Below are positions 29,801-37,391 of a DNA stretch of 64,000 bases, piece by piece. The position numbers and the translations under genes are program-made. Each line of letters starts with the position of its first letter. Positions within the stretch are counted from its first letter, which is position 1. A model generated the notes under the pieces. The model was not told the DNA's origin. It saw nothing but the letters and a program-made list of their open reading frames with translations, and searched no databases. Origin of the DNA: Candidatus Saccharibacteria bacterium CPR2 (GTDB lineage: Bacteria; Patescibacteriota; Saccharimonadia; Saccharimonadales; QWHN01); assembly GCA_021404905.1 (NCBI GenBank), contig QWHN01000002.1, positions 77,582 to 141,581 on the forward strand, given 5' to 3'.

Positions 29801-30454
29801 ATGTTCGCTACAGTAGCAATCGCCTTTCTGGGTGTGTTTTCCGTGATAGTTACGCACCGTACCCAAAGAAGCATTCAACCCCTTTCGCGTAAAGTCAGTT
29901 TGAGGCTCCAAAAACTCTGGGATGACGCGCACTTGAGCATAAGACAGCATAAGTACCTTAGAGCCGAAAAGGCTTTACTTATTATCTTGAAATTCGATCA
30001 AAAAAACGCTGCCGCTTATAGCAGGCTGGGTATTCTTTACACCAAACAACATGAGTTTAAAGATGCCATTCACTGCTTTGAAGTCGCTTCATCTCTGGCT
30101 CCAAATGCTTCGAGTTTTCATAACTTAGGCTTAGTTTATTTTGAGGCAGGTGAGTATGAAAAAGCTTATAGGGCATTCGAGCAAGCACTTGAAATTGAGA
30201 ATGATGTCGCTTCTCGTCACGTGGCCTTTGCAAAGGTACTCGAAAAATTGGGGCAGGAACGCCGCATGATAGAAGCCTTGGAAAAAGCCGTAGAACTCGA
30301 GCCAAATCCGCAAAGTTATATATTACTCGCCGATGCTTATGAAAGAACTGGCAACGATGATCTTGCTGCAGAAATCCGTAGGAAACTGAAAAAACTCATC
30401 ATGCCGGCAGGCCGGCCAAAACGCATTCAGCAACCTCGCAAGGTTGTAATGTAG
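29801..30454 (+). CDS. membrane-anchored TPR-repeat protein
   Basis: N-terminal TM helix (FATVAIAFLGVFSVIV). Tandem TPR-like 34-mers (AAYSRLGILYTKQHEFKDAIHCFEVA..., SFHNLGLVYFEAGEYEKAYRAFEQAL...). Confidence 0.8.
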   Translation: MFATVAIAFLGVFSVIVTHRTQRSIQPLSRKVSLRLQKLWDDAHLSIRQHKYLRAEKALLIILKFDQKNAAAYSRLGILYTKQHEFKDAIHCFEVASSLAPNASSFHNLGLVYFEAGEYEKAYRAFEQALEIENDVASRHVAFAKVLEKLGQERRMIEALEKAVELEPNPQSYILLADAYERTGNDDLAAEIRRKLKKLIMPAGRPKRIQQPRKVVM

Positions 30455-30469
30455 TTATTTATTAACTTA

Positions 30470-30498
30470 TTGTCTACCTCTGTAATTTTTGTTATTAT
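30470..30498 (+). promoter_or_regulatory. candidate tRNA promoter TTGTCT-17-TATTAT
   Basis: Hexamers at 30470-30475 and 30493-30498. The tRNA starts 16 nt downstream. Confidence 0.45.
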
Positions 30499-30513
30499 CA
30501 ACAGGTCATTTAT

Positions 30514-30589
30514 GCCACCTTAGCTCAGCGGCCAGAGCAACACTTTTGTAAAGTGAAGGTCATCGGTTCGAATCCGATAGGTGGCTCCA
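30514..30589 (+). tRNA. tRNA-Thr (anticodon UGU), CCA encoded
   Basis: Hand-folded cloverleaf: acceptor GCCACCT/AGGTGGC, anticodon loop TTTGTAA, T-arm ATCGG-TTCGAAT-CCGAT, 3' TCCA. Confidence 0.93.
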
Positions 30590-30668
30590 AGCCAACTAGC
30601 GGATGAGAACCGACGGTTCGGCATACGAGGAGCACAGTCAAGAAAAAGTGTTTACATTTTTTCTTGGC

Positions 30669-30729
30669 GAGCACCACAGGGAGGAGTGTGAGACCATTGG
30701 TCGAACACGATATCCGATAGGTGGCTCCA
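30669..30729 (+). pseudogene. degenerate copy of the 3' two-thirds of tRNA-Thr(UGU)
   Basis: The perfect 18-nt repeat ATCCGATAGGTGGCTCCA (30572-30589 = 30712-30729). Weaker similarity extends back to the D-arm (GAGCAcCAC...GTG..CATtGGTcGAA). No 5' acceptor strand. Confidence 0.6.
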
Positions 30730-30734
30730 TCTTC

Positions 30735-30869
30735 GCTTAGGCGAACATTTAACATTTTGCACTTATCATTAATCATTGAGTTGTCATTGATCACTAATGA
30801 TTGAACATTGATAATTTATTGAAAATTGATAATTGCACCTTGAAAATTGATTTTGCAAACCAAAATCTT
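30735..30869. repeat. AT-rich low-complexity spacer of ATTGA/AATGATT words
   Basis: TTGAAAATTGAT occurs twice, 21 nt apart (30819-30830 and 30840-30851). There are short inverted pairs AATCATT/AATGATT and TCATT/AATGA. It lies directly upstream of tRNA-Tyr. Confidence 0.6.
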
Positions 30870-30956
30870 GCTGGGGTAGCGAAGCGGCCAAACGCAGCAG
30901 ACTGTAAATCTGCCGGAATATTTCCTTCGGGGGTTCGAATCCCTCTCCCAGCACCA
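30870..30956 (+). tRNA. tRNA-Tyr (anticodon GUA), long variable arm, CCA encoded
   Basis: Acceptor GCTGGGG/TCCCAGC, anticodon stem-loop GCAGA-CTGTAAA-TCTGC, class II variable arm, T-loop TTCGAAT. Confidence 0.92.
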
Positions 30957-31058
30957 TTCTCTGTCGATCACCATTTGGTGAACTATGGAGGATTAGCTAC
31001 ACTATTGAGGGATGAGAAGCCCATCCGCAGGTACGTTATAATCTTTGAGCAGTTCGAT

Positions 31059-31559
31059 ATGGTAGAACGATTATTGATACAGCCAACCAAAATAGTTGAG
31101 ACTACGAGCCCAGTTATTTTTCTTGCAGGGCCAATACAAGGCGCACCAGATTGGCAGTCGCGAGCAGCTGAAATCATACACAATTCGGATGCATCAATCA
31201 CAGTAGCTTCTCCACGCAGAGCCCACCCAGAAGACACGTTTATATATGAAAAACAAGTCGATTGGGAAACGCATTTTTTGCGTCGAGCGGGAAGACTTGG
31301 AGTAATTGGCTTTTGGCTTGCAGCGCAAACTGAAGAGACGCCAGGTCGCGCATATGCCCAAACTTCGCGGTTTGAATTAGGTGAGTGGAAGGTACGGCAC
31401 GAATACGAGCAAACAAAACTTGCGCTGGGGATAGAGGATGGCTTTGGCAACGCGAGTTATATTCGAAGACGATTCAATCAAGATTGTCCGGATATACAAA
31501 TTGTTGATTCATTGGAAGAAATGTGCCGTAATGCCATTGATCTAGTCAGCAAAGCATAA
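31059..31559 (+). CDS. nucleoside 2-deoxyribosyltransferase-like protein
   Basis: ORF 30801..31559 runs through tRNA-Tyr, so it was trimmed to ATG 31059. PVIFLAGPIQGAPDWQ and TSRFELGEW resemble the Nuc_deoxyri_tr2-type fold. The start is uncertain. Confidence 0.5.
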   Translation: MVERLLIQPTKIVETTSPVIFLAGPIQGAPDWQSRAAEIIHNSDASITVASPRRAHPEDTFIYEKQVDWETHFLRRAGRLGVIGFWLAAQTEETPGRAYAQTSRFELGEWKVRHEYEQTKLALGIEDGFGNASYIRRRFNQDCPDIQIVDSLEEMCRNAIDLVSKA

Positions 31560-31560
31560 G

Positions 31561-31602
31561 ATACTCTACTTACTACATACTCCATACGTTATACTATGTA
31601 CT
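31561..31602 (+). repeat. tandem heptads of the ATACT family abutting the next start codon
   Basis: ATACTCT ACTTACT ACATACT CCATACG TTATACT ATGTACT, then ATG at 31603. The same word family recurs at 37159-37186 (inverted) and 37321-37362. Confidence 0.6.
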
Positions 31603-32142
31603 ATGAGGATTCTGGTTGACCTTGACGGCGTTATCGGCGATATAGACAAAGCTTTTATTGAGGTCTGGAAAGAACGATACCCAGACGCTCCAGCTCCAGA
31701 ACCTGGAACGAGAAAAGAATTTTACATCGGTCATGAGTTTGGTGATGATGCCGGGGAGAAAGCCTATGATATTTTTCGCGAGAAAGGCTTTTTTAGGCAC
31801 ACACCGCTTATGCCAGACGCAAAAGATGCACTTCAAAAGATGATCACAGCTGGACATGAAGTTTATATTGTAACCTCGGCTGGCAATGACATCCCATACG
31901 CCGCCAGCGACAAATATCAATGGATAGATAACAATTTTGGTAGAGAATGGGTAGATAGATTGGTTATTACCAGAAGCAAACATGTAGTCAGCGGAGACGT
32001 TTTAATTGATGACAAACCTGAAGTAAAAAACCATGATAAAGCCAATTGGGAACATATAATTTTTGACGCGTCATACAACAGGCACATTAAAAACAAGCGG
32101 CGATTGGGTTGGAGCAACTGGAAAGAGGTTCTTTTCCCATAA
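31603..32142 (+). CDS. 5'(3')-deoxyribonucleotidase (HAD superfamily, NT5C-type)
   Basis: MRILVDLDGVIGD (DxDGV nucleophile motif) and DVLIDDKPE. Size and layout match NT5C-type enzymes. Confidence 0.75.
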   Translation: MRILVDLDGVIGDIDKAFIEVWKERYPDAPAPEPGTRKEFYIGHEFGDDAGEKAYDIFREKGFFRHTPLMPDAKDALQKMITAGHEVYIVTSAGNDIPYAASDKYQWIDNNFGREWVDRLVITRSKHVVSGDVLIDDKPEVKNHDKANWEHIIFDASYNRHIKNKRRLGWSNWKEVLFP

Positions 32143-32149
32143 ACGATTC

Positions 32150-32178
32150 TTGTATTGGTCGTAAGTCATGGTTATATT
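32150..32178 (+). promoter_or_regulatory. candidate tRNA promoter TTGTAT-17-TATATT
   Basis: Hexamers at 32150-32155 and 32173-32178. The tRNA starts at 32198. Confidence 0.45.
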
Positions 32179-32197
32179 ATAATTTCTCGAGTATATT

Positions 32198-32273
32198 GCC
32201 ATCGTAGCTCAGTTGGCAGAGCGCATCCATGGTAAGGATGAGGTCACGGGTTCAAATCCCGTCGATGGCTCCA
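32198..32273 (+). tRNA. tRNA-Thr (anticodon GGU), CCA encoded
   Basis: Acceptor GCCATCG/CGATGGC, anticodon stem-loop CATCC-ATGGTAA-GGATG, T-arm ACGGG-TTCAAAT-CCCGT. Confidence 0.93.
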
Positions 32274-32297
32274 GACCAAGACAGGCCGTCACACCTG

Positions 32298-32325
32298 TTG
32301 AATAAATGTAGTGATCTGTTATAAT
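32298..32325 (+). promoter_or_regulatory. promoter TTGAAT-16-TGtTATAAT for rpmG
   Basis: TTGAAT at 32298-32303. Extended -10 with TATAAT at 32320-32325. Confidence 0.5.
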
Positions 32326-32350
32326 TACTTAGAATTTTAGAGGAAGCACT

Positions 32351-32539
32351 ATGGCAAAAAAAGGTGCCAAAAGAAAGATTGTAGGACTTGTTAGCGAGGC
32401 ATCCGGCCATCGTACGTATGTTACTACCAAAAACGTGATGAATACGCCTGATAAATTAGAGCTTCGAAAATACGACCCAATCGTTCGCCGACACGCGAAA
32501 TACGTTGAAACTAAAAAGAACCTGGGCCGCAACGAATAA
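32351..32539 (+). CDS. rpmG: 50S ribosomal protein L33, cysteine-free (C-) form
   Basis: HRTYVTTKNVMNTPDKLELRKYDPIVRRHAKYVETK aligns to L33. No CxxC pairs. Confidence 0.92.
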   Translation: MAKKGAKRKIVGLVSEASGHRTYVTTKNVMNTPDKLELRKYDPIVRRHAKYVETKKNLGRNE

Positions 32540-32542
32540 TTT

Positions 32543-34477
32543 CTAGTCCGTTAAATCCAAAACCGTATTCATAAATTCTGCCTGACTCCAAACTAATGGG
32601 GCAACGGAAAGATTATTCCCGCTGTTAGGATCGATCTGTTCAGACAAAACGCCGCTTCTGTACATATGGCTCATGCACCAATCTAAGATATAGTGGGCTT
32701 TTTCGATTTTGCCGGTTTCAATATAGTACTGAGCGTACCAAAGAGTCGTAACGAACCAAGGGTTACCCTTGGTGCCGTGATGAGTGGCATGATAATGGTC
32801 ATTTTCATATCTAGGCACACCTTTTGAAGGAGAATAATCAACCAATTCTTTCTCCAAAGTTCGCACGGAACGTTCGACATAGGCATCGTCAGTATCAAAA
32901 AGCTTGTACATAATCGCGCCAAATAAGCTGGAAGAGTCGATGGTAGCATCAAAGTTTAGCTTTCCACCATTGTCCAGTAAAAATCCTTTGTAAAAATATC
33001 CTTTTTCGTTATTAAAAAACACGTCTTTGGATTTAAACTTAATGTCCTCTGCCGTATTTTGCCAACGGATCGCATCGTCGGGGAATTCAAACAGCTCAGC
33101 CATGCGCGCGGAAGAAATTAGCGCGGCATACACTACCGAAGTAGTGTAGGTAGAAGTTAAAAACTTTTCCTCCCAAAGATCATAACTGGCATGGGGAAGC
33201 TTCGTAGAATCATCGATATATTTATCTAAAAAGTCAGCTGCCGGTTTTACGAATGTTCGGTACAAATTCCTAACAAAGTCTTCATCTTTAGATAAATTCA
33301 AATATTCACCAAGAAGAAAGAGCACGATCGCGGTTTCATCTTCTTGAATTGGAAGCTCCCGGTGGCGGTTATGAATATATGGGTGCCAGCTACTTCCCAG
33401 AGCTCTATCAGGCTGGTATTTATGCATTAAATAACCGTCCGGCTCCAAAACATCCCTCGCGAACTCAAAGAAACTCCTGGCCTCATCATAGAACCCTAGC
33501 CTGATGAAGGGCCACAAAACATAAGCCGCGTCCCTTGGCCAGCAATAACTATAATTGTCTCTTTCGTAATTCAGCATCGCGGAATCGCCAGAAGCCAATA
33601 CCGAGCCGCGCTTGTCGATGTGCGCCTTGGCGATAAACAAACAACGCACGAATTTATCTTTATATTTATCGTCGATTTTACTCATGATGGACGCGGTTTT
33701 ATGAAGCCATTTTTGCCAAAATTCTCTGGTTTTTTTCAGCCTCTCGCTAAAACCGTCTTTTTTAAACTTTTCAAACAGAGCAAAGGTGTCGACATTCGTC
33801 ACACCGCAGGATATGAAATAATTTATTTTTTCTGGCTGATGAGGCTCAACGTTTAATTTAAACCCGATTACAGTATCTACCGAACCATGCTCGACAGCGT
33901 TGCCCTCAAGATTGCCATCCTCGGCATCTTTGAAGGTTCCTTCTTTGCCTTCAATCCCATATATCCCAATGCTATATTGTTCAAATGGCTGGCCATCTTC
34001 AGTTTCTCCGTAAACAGCGAAAGTTCGATGACCCTTATAGTCAATGATTAAGTTTTCATCTGGAATAAACTGAGCTGTATCGCCGCGCGAAGACTGGGAA
34101 ATTATAAATACTTGGTGCATAAATAGCCTGATCTCGCGTTGTTTTTCGTCTTTATTTACTACGGCAACCTCGCGGCCGAACACATTGCTGTTTGCGTCAA
34201 CAAAATCAGTGAATTTTAGCTCCACTTTAAACTCTTTGTTTCGCGCTCTTACGGATCCGATCATCGCGTCATTTTCATAATCGAGCTCAGTTTCCCACGA
34301 GCCATCATCGAGCCAGCTAAATTTTCCATCCACCCACACACCTATCAAATGATGAATATTTTTCGCGGTACAATGGTTTTCCAAGCCTACATACGGGTAA
34401 TAAAAATCATGCACTAAACCGTATTTGTCCAGCCCCACCATCATAGACCCATTGCCGAGAACTATTTGGCGACTCAT
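32543..34477 (-). CDS. glycoside hydrolase family 15 (glucoamylase/glucodextranase-like)
   Basis: WPRDAAYVLWPFIRLG and LSEQIDPNSGNNLSVAPLVWSQAEF are typical GH15 (alpha/alpha)6 barrel blocks. Confidence 0.85.
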   Translation of the reverse strand: MSRQIVLGNGSMMVGLDKYGLVHDFYYPYVGLENHCTAKNIHHLIGVWVDGKFSWLDDGSWETELDYENDAMIGSVRARNKEFKVELKFTDFVDANSNVFGREVAVVNKDEKQREIRLFMHQVFIISQSSRGDTAQFIPDENLIIDYKGHRTFAVYGETEDGQPFEQYSIGIYGIEGKEGTFKDAEDGNLEGNAVEHGSVDTVIGFKLNVEPHQPEKINYFISCGVTNVDTFALFEKFKKDGFSERLKKTREFWQKWLHKTASIMSKIDDKYKDKFVRCLFIAKAHIDKRGSVLASGDSAMLNYERDNYSYCWPRDAAYVLWPFIRLGFYDEARSFFEFARDVLEPDGYLMHKYQPDRALGSSWHPYIHNRHRELPIQEDETAIVLFLLGEYLNLSKDEDFVRNLYRTFVKPAADFLDKYIDDSTKLPHASYDLWEEKFLTSTYTTSVVYAALISSARMAELFEFPDDAIRWQNTAEDIKFKSKDVFFNNEKGYFYKGFLLDNGGKLNFDATIDSSSLFGAIMYKLFDTDDAYVERSVRTLEKELVDYSPSKGVPRYENDHYHATHHGTKGNPWFVTTLWYAQYYIETGKIEKAHYILDWCMSHMYRSGVLSEQIDPNSGNNLSVAPLVWSQAEFMNTVLDLTD

Positions 34478-34500
34478 TGCTTAACCCACCCCTCAAGCAT

Positions 34501-35712
34501 TTACAAAGACACGCCTTTCTCGACCAATCTAAACTTCAGGTCATTAACTACATGCATAAAATTCATAAACGCTTCATACGGGGATTCATAAGGGCTGAAA
34601 TAGGCATGAATGTCACCGTCGTTGAACCATTTTGTGCACATATAGTAAAAATGGTCTGAAGTCTGAAGTTTTCTCCAGTCCTCGATTAAGGCCAAATCTT
34701 CGCTCTTATAAATTTTGTCCTGCAAACTGTATATGGCTTTAATTGCTTCTTGCTGCATGGCATTGCCCAGCCAAGCACTTAAATCTCTTTCCGTATCTGC
34801 CCAGGTAAGCGTATTTGGCACATCAACTTTATCGACTGGCTCAAATTTCTCTATAGCTTCAGACAAAGTTAGGAACGAATTTCCTTCACGCCGCAAAAAT
34901 TCATTAGGCAAATGATTCAAAAATTCGAATATTCCAGAATCCTCCCACTGGTGTTCGCCAAAAGTTTCATAATCCATGAACAGGTTTATAATCTGCTCAT
35001 TTTCTTCACCAGCATTCAGCCAATGAGCGAATTTCGAAGCAGTTAGCGGCCACTCGGCCCAATTTCTATCGGAAAATCTAAAAGCAATATCATCAGATAA
35101 CTTGTAGTTTTTTAGCAACAAGCGAATGTTATCGGTATAGGCTGGACGATACATGTAATTCGGGCTTCGCCAACCCAATATTGGGTCCCATCCTTCCGCC
35201 AAAATACCTTTATAGCCAGCCTTGTCAGCCCAATAGGCCAAGTCATTATTGTATGCTAGCTCCGTATTTCTGAATATTTGCGGTTTTTTATTGAAAACTC
35301 GAGATATAACTTCTTCATGCATTCTAACCTGGGTTTCGAATTCCTCGCGCGAATAAAAGAAAGCAAGTGAATGATGATATGTTTCACCAACTATTTCCAC
35401 TCTGTTTGTTTTAACCAGTTCCTTGAAGCTCTCGAGAGTTTCTTTGTCCCATTTCTCCAACTGCTCAATAATGGTGCCGCTAATGGACATGCTGAATCTA
35501 ACTTCCGGGTGTCTATGCAATAATTCAAGCAGTTTTTTGTTCGTTGGCCTGTATGATTTTTGAGCGACTTTCCTTAAAACGTTTTCATTATTTGTCTTTG
35601 ATTCGTTGTCGTTTACATAAAAATAATTGTGGTCATTGCCTGAATCAAAAGCCGTATAGTGTTTAACTCTAAACGGCTGGTGGACGTGGAAATACATGCA
35701 TACTGATTTCAT
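34501..35712 (-). CDS. glycoside hydrolase family 57 protein
   Basis: N-terminal MYFHVHQPFRV and FMDYETFGEHQW blocks are characteristic of GH57. Confidence 0.8.
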   Translation of the reverse strand: MKSVCMYFHVHQPFRVKHYTAFDSGNDHNYFYVNDNESKTNNENVLRKVAQKSYRPTNKKLLELLHRHPEVRFSMSISGTIIEQLEKWDKETLESFKELVKTNRVEIVGETYHHSLAFFYSREEFETQVRMHEEVISRVFNKKPQIFRNTELAYNNDLAYWADKAGYKGILAEGWDPILGWRSPNYMYRPAYTDNIRLLLKNYKLSDDIAFRFSDRNWAEWPLTASKFAHWLNAGEENEQIINLFMDYETFGEHQWEDSGIFEFLNHLPNEFLRREGNSFLTLSEAIEKFEPVDKVDVPNTLTWADTERDLSAWLGNAMQQEAIKAIYSLQDKIYKSEDLALIEDWRKLQTSDHFYYMCTKWFNDGDIHAYFSPYESPYEAFMNFMHVVNDLKFRLVEKGVSL

Positions 35713-36923
35713 GCGTTTACTCCCACATTATATTGCTTATAAATATCAATTAATTTGCCAGCCGATTTCGCCCAACTAAGTTTTTTATATTCCTTAAAAC
35801 TATTCTCATGAAGTTCATCTCGCAGAGAATCAAATTCCGCTATGGAAAGAATTTTATTTGCCATTTCTTTTGCATCCCAAAAATCAACACGCAAAAAATT
35901 ATTTACTGCTTCTTTGACGCCTGACTGGTAGGTAACTAAAGACGGGGTGCCATATCCTATCGCTTCGAGCGCTGTTAGTCCAAACGGTTCCGAAACCGAA
36001 GGAAGCACAAATAAGTCGGCGATTCTAAAAGCGTCACGTAATCTCTTGCCTCGTTGAAAATCGGCAAATATAACATTTTCACTAATACCGAGCTCAGCGC
36101 TTTTTGATACCAGTTCAAAATATTGTTCGCCAGAACCAACGATTAATAGCAATATTTTCGGATTTTTGCCAACCGCCAGTTTTATTGCTTCCAAGAGATT
36201 GATTAAGCCTTTTTGTATAGTTAAACGGCCTATAGAAGCCACCACCCTGTAGCCAGACCGCTTCATGGCGTCCAGGTATTTATAATCATTTTCTCCGCAA
36301 TCGTAACAATACGTATCAGCAATATCGATGCTGTTATGAACCACCTCGATTTTGTCTTCCGGAATTGAGTATTCTCTAACAATAATCTGTTTTGTAATGT
36401 CGCTCACCGCGACTATTTTATCGGCCATAATCATAGCGTTGTATTCAATATCTCGAACCATTGGATTACCTTGACCCCCGGCAGCTCTGTCATATTCAGT
36501 AGCATGGATGTGAAGAACCAAAGGCTTGCCAGTTCTCACTTTCGCTTTCATGGCCCCAGAGAAGGTGATCCAATCGTGAGCATGAATAATATCAAATTCC
36601 AAGGATTCAACTAGTTTCTCAACGCCATTTTCATACACCATCCTTTGTTCGTGTAGTGAACGATGCCCTTTGGCGCCAGCGTGCGTTTTAATCAGATAAC
36701 TATGCGAATCGTAGACACCATAGCTGTTATCGACGCTGACAATGGCTTCATCATCAGCTGACTTAACATTCATAAAGTTAATCTTTTGATTATGCTCATA
36801 TGGCAACACAAACTGTATAGAAACGCCTTGCTCAGCTAAAGCCTTGCACATTTTATAGCAAGCCACGCCCAACCCACCACTATTATGAGGAGGCAACTCC
36901 CATCCAAGCATAAGTATTTTCAT
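35709..36923 (-). CDS. glycosyltransferase (GT4/GT5, glycogen-synthase-like)
   Basis: The ORF extends to TTG 36932, but ATG 36923 gives MKILMLGWELPPHNSGGLGV. The EX7E region is LPSVSEPFGLTALEAIGYGTP. 4-nt overlap with the GH57 gene. Confidence 0.85.
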   Translation of the reverse strand: MKILMLGWELPPHNSGGLGVACYKMCKALAEQGVSIQFVLPYEHNQKINFMNVKSADDEAIVSVDNSYGVYDSHSYLIKTHAGAKGHRSLHEQRMVYENGVEKLVESLEFDIIHAHDWITFSGAMKAKVRTGKPLVLHIHATEYDRAAGGQGNPMVRDIEYNAMIMADKIVAVSDITKQIIVREYSIPEDKIEVVHNSIDIADTYCYDCGENDYKYLDAMKRSGYRVVASIGRLTIQKGLINLLEAIKLAVGKNPKILLLIVGSGEQYFELVSKSAELGISENVIFADFQRGKRLRDAFRIADLFVLPSVSEPFGLTALEAIGYGTPSLVTYQSGVKEAVNNFLRVDFWDAKEMANKILSIAEFDSLRDELHENSFKEYKKLSWAKSAGKLIDIYKQYNVGVNA

Positions 36924-37072
36924 TGGTCCCAACTAATTTATCTGGGTTCAAGTATAATGACGCTAAAGCTAAAATTCCACTGTTTTTCCACCAAAAATAC
37001 GAGAGCAATCAGGTTTCATTTTTTTCTCAGAGAATTACAGTTCAGCTTGGCAGGGGATATCCTGCGCTCTTT

Positions 37073-37147
37073 TGGCAGGGGCACGTGGAATCGAACCACG
37101 ATCTGCGGTTTTGGAGACCGCTATACTAGCCGTTGTACTATGCCCCT
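37073..37147 (-). tRNA. tRNA-Trp (anticodon CCA), CCA end encoded
   Basis: The reverse complement folds as AGGGGCA-TA-GTAC..GTAT-A-GCGGT-CTCCAAA-ACCGC-AGAT-CGTGG-TTCGATT-CCACG-TGCCCCT-G-CCA. Confidence 0.92.
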
Positions 37148-37150
37148 ATA

Positions 37151-37391
37151 CAGTAAATAGTATACAGTATGGAGTATGGAGTATAAAAAATCACAAATTC
37201 CAAACAACTATAGGAGTTGGGAATTAGCAACTAGAAACTAGCAATTGGGAAATAGAAAATAGTATATTTTTAAAAACTAATTCCTACTTTCTAATTGCCA
37301 ATTGCTGTTTCCTAATTTCTATACTCTATACGCCATACTGCATACTGCATACTTCATACTCTATTTCCTAGTTGCAAATTGCTATTTCCCG
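37151..37391. repeat. composite inverted-repeat / tandem-heptad region
   Basis: Four AGTATNN heptads at 37159-37186 face six ATAC(T/G)NN heptads at 37321-37362. The inner arms 37210-37266 and 37277-37330 are imperfectly complementary around 37271. A third related block lies at 37361-37391. Confidence 0.7.

Noticed and set aside
30590-30730. tmRNA, a permuted tRNA or a tRNA intron as an explanation for the duplicated tRNA-Thr 3' end.
   Set aside because: The first copy is already a complete 76-nt tRNA. The downstream piece has no 5' acceptor partner, no tag-peptide frame and no resume codon context. An integration or duplication scar is simpler.
30525-31058. ORF-track calls 30525-30794 (-) and the first 86 codons of 30801-31559 (+).
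   Set aside because: They run through tRNA-Thr, the tRNA remnant, the low-complexity spacer and tRNA-Tyr. The real CDS was trimmed to start at 31059.
30455-32350. Intact prophage or integrative element at the tRNA cluster.
   Set aside because: No integrase, excisionase, transposase or phage structural gene is present. Only two metabolic genes and short att-like repeats are there.
36885-37160. ORFs 36885-37160 and 36923-37129 (+).
   Set aside because: They overlap the GT4 start region and the whole tRNA-Trp gene on the other strand. There are no coding features.
37151-37391. CRISPR array or chromosomal origin (oriC).
   Set aside because: The repeat unit is 7 nt with no spacers, so it is not CRISPR. 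Only a single imperfect DnaA-box-like TTTTCCACC lies nearby (about 37005). There is no dnaA/dnaN context, so oriC is unsupported.
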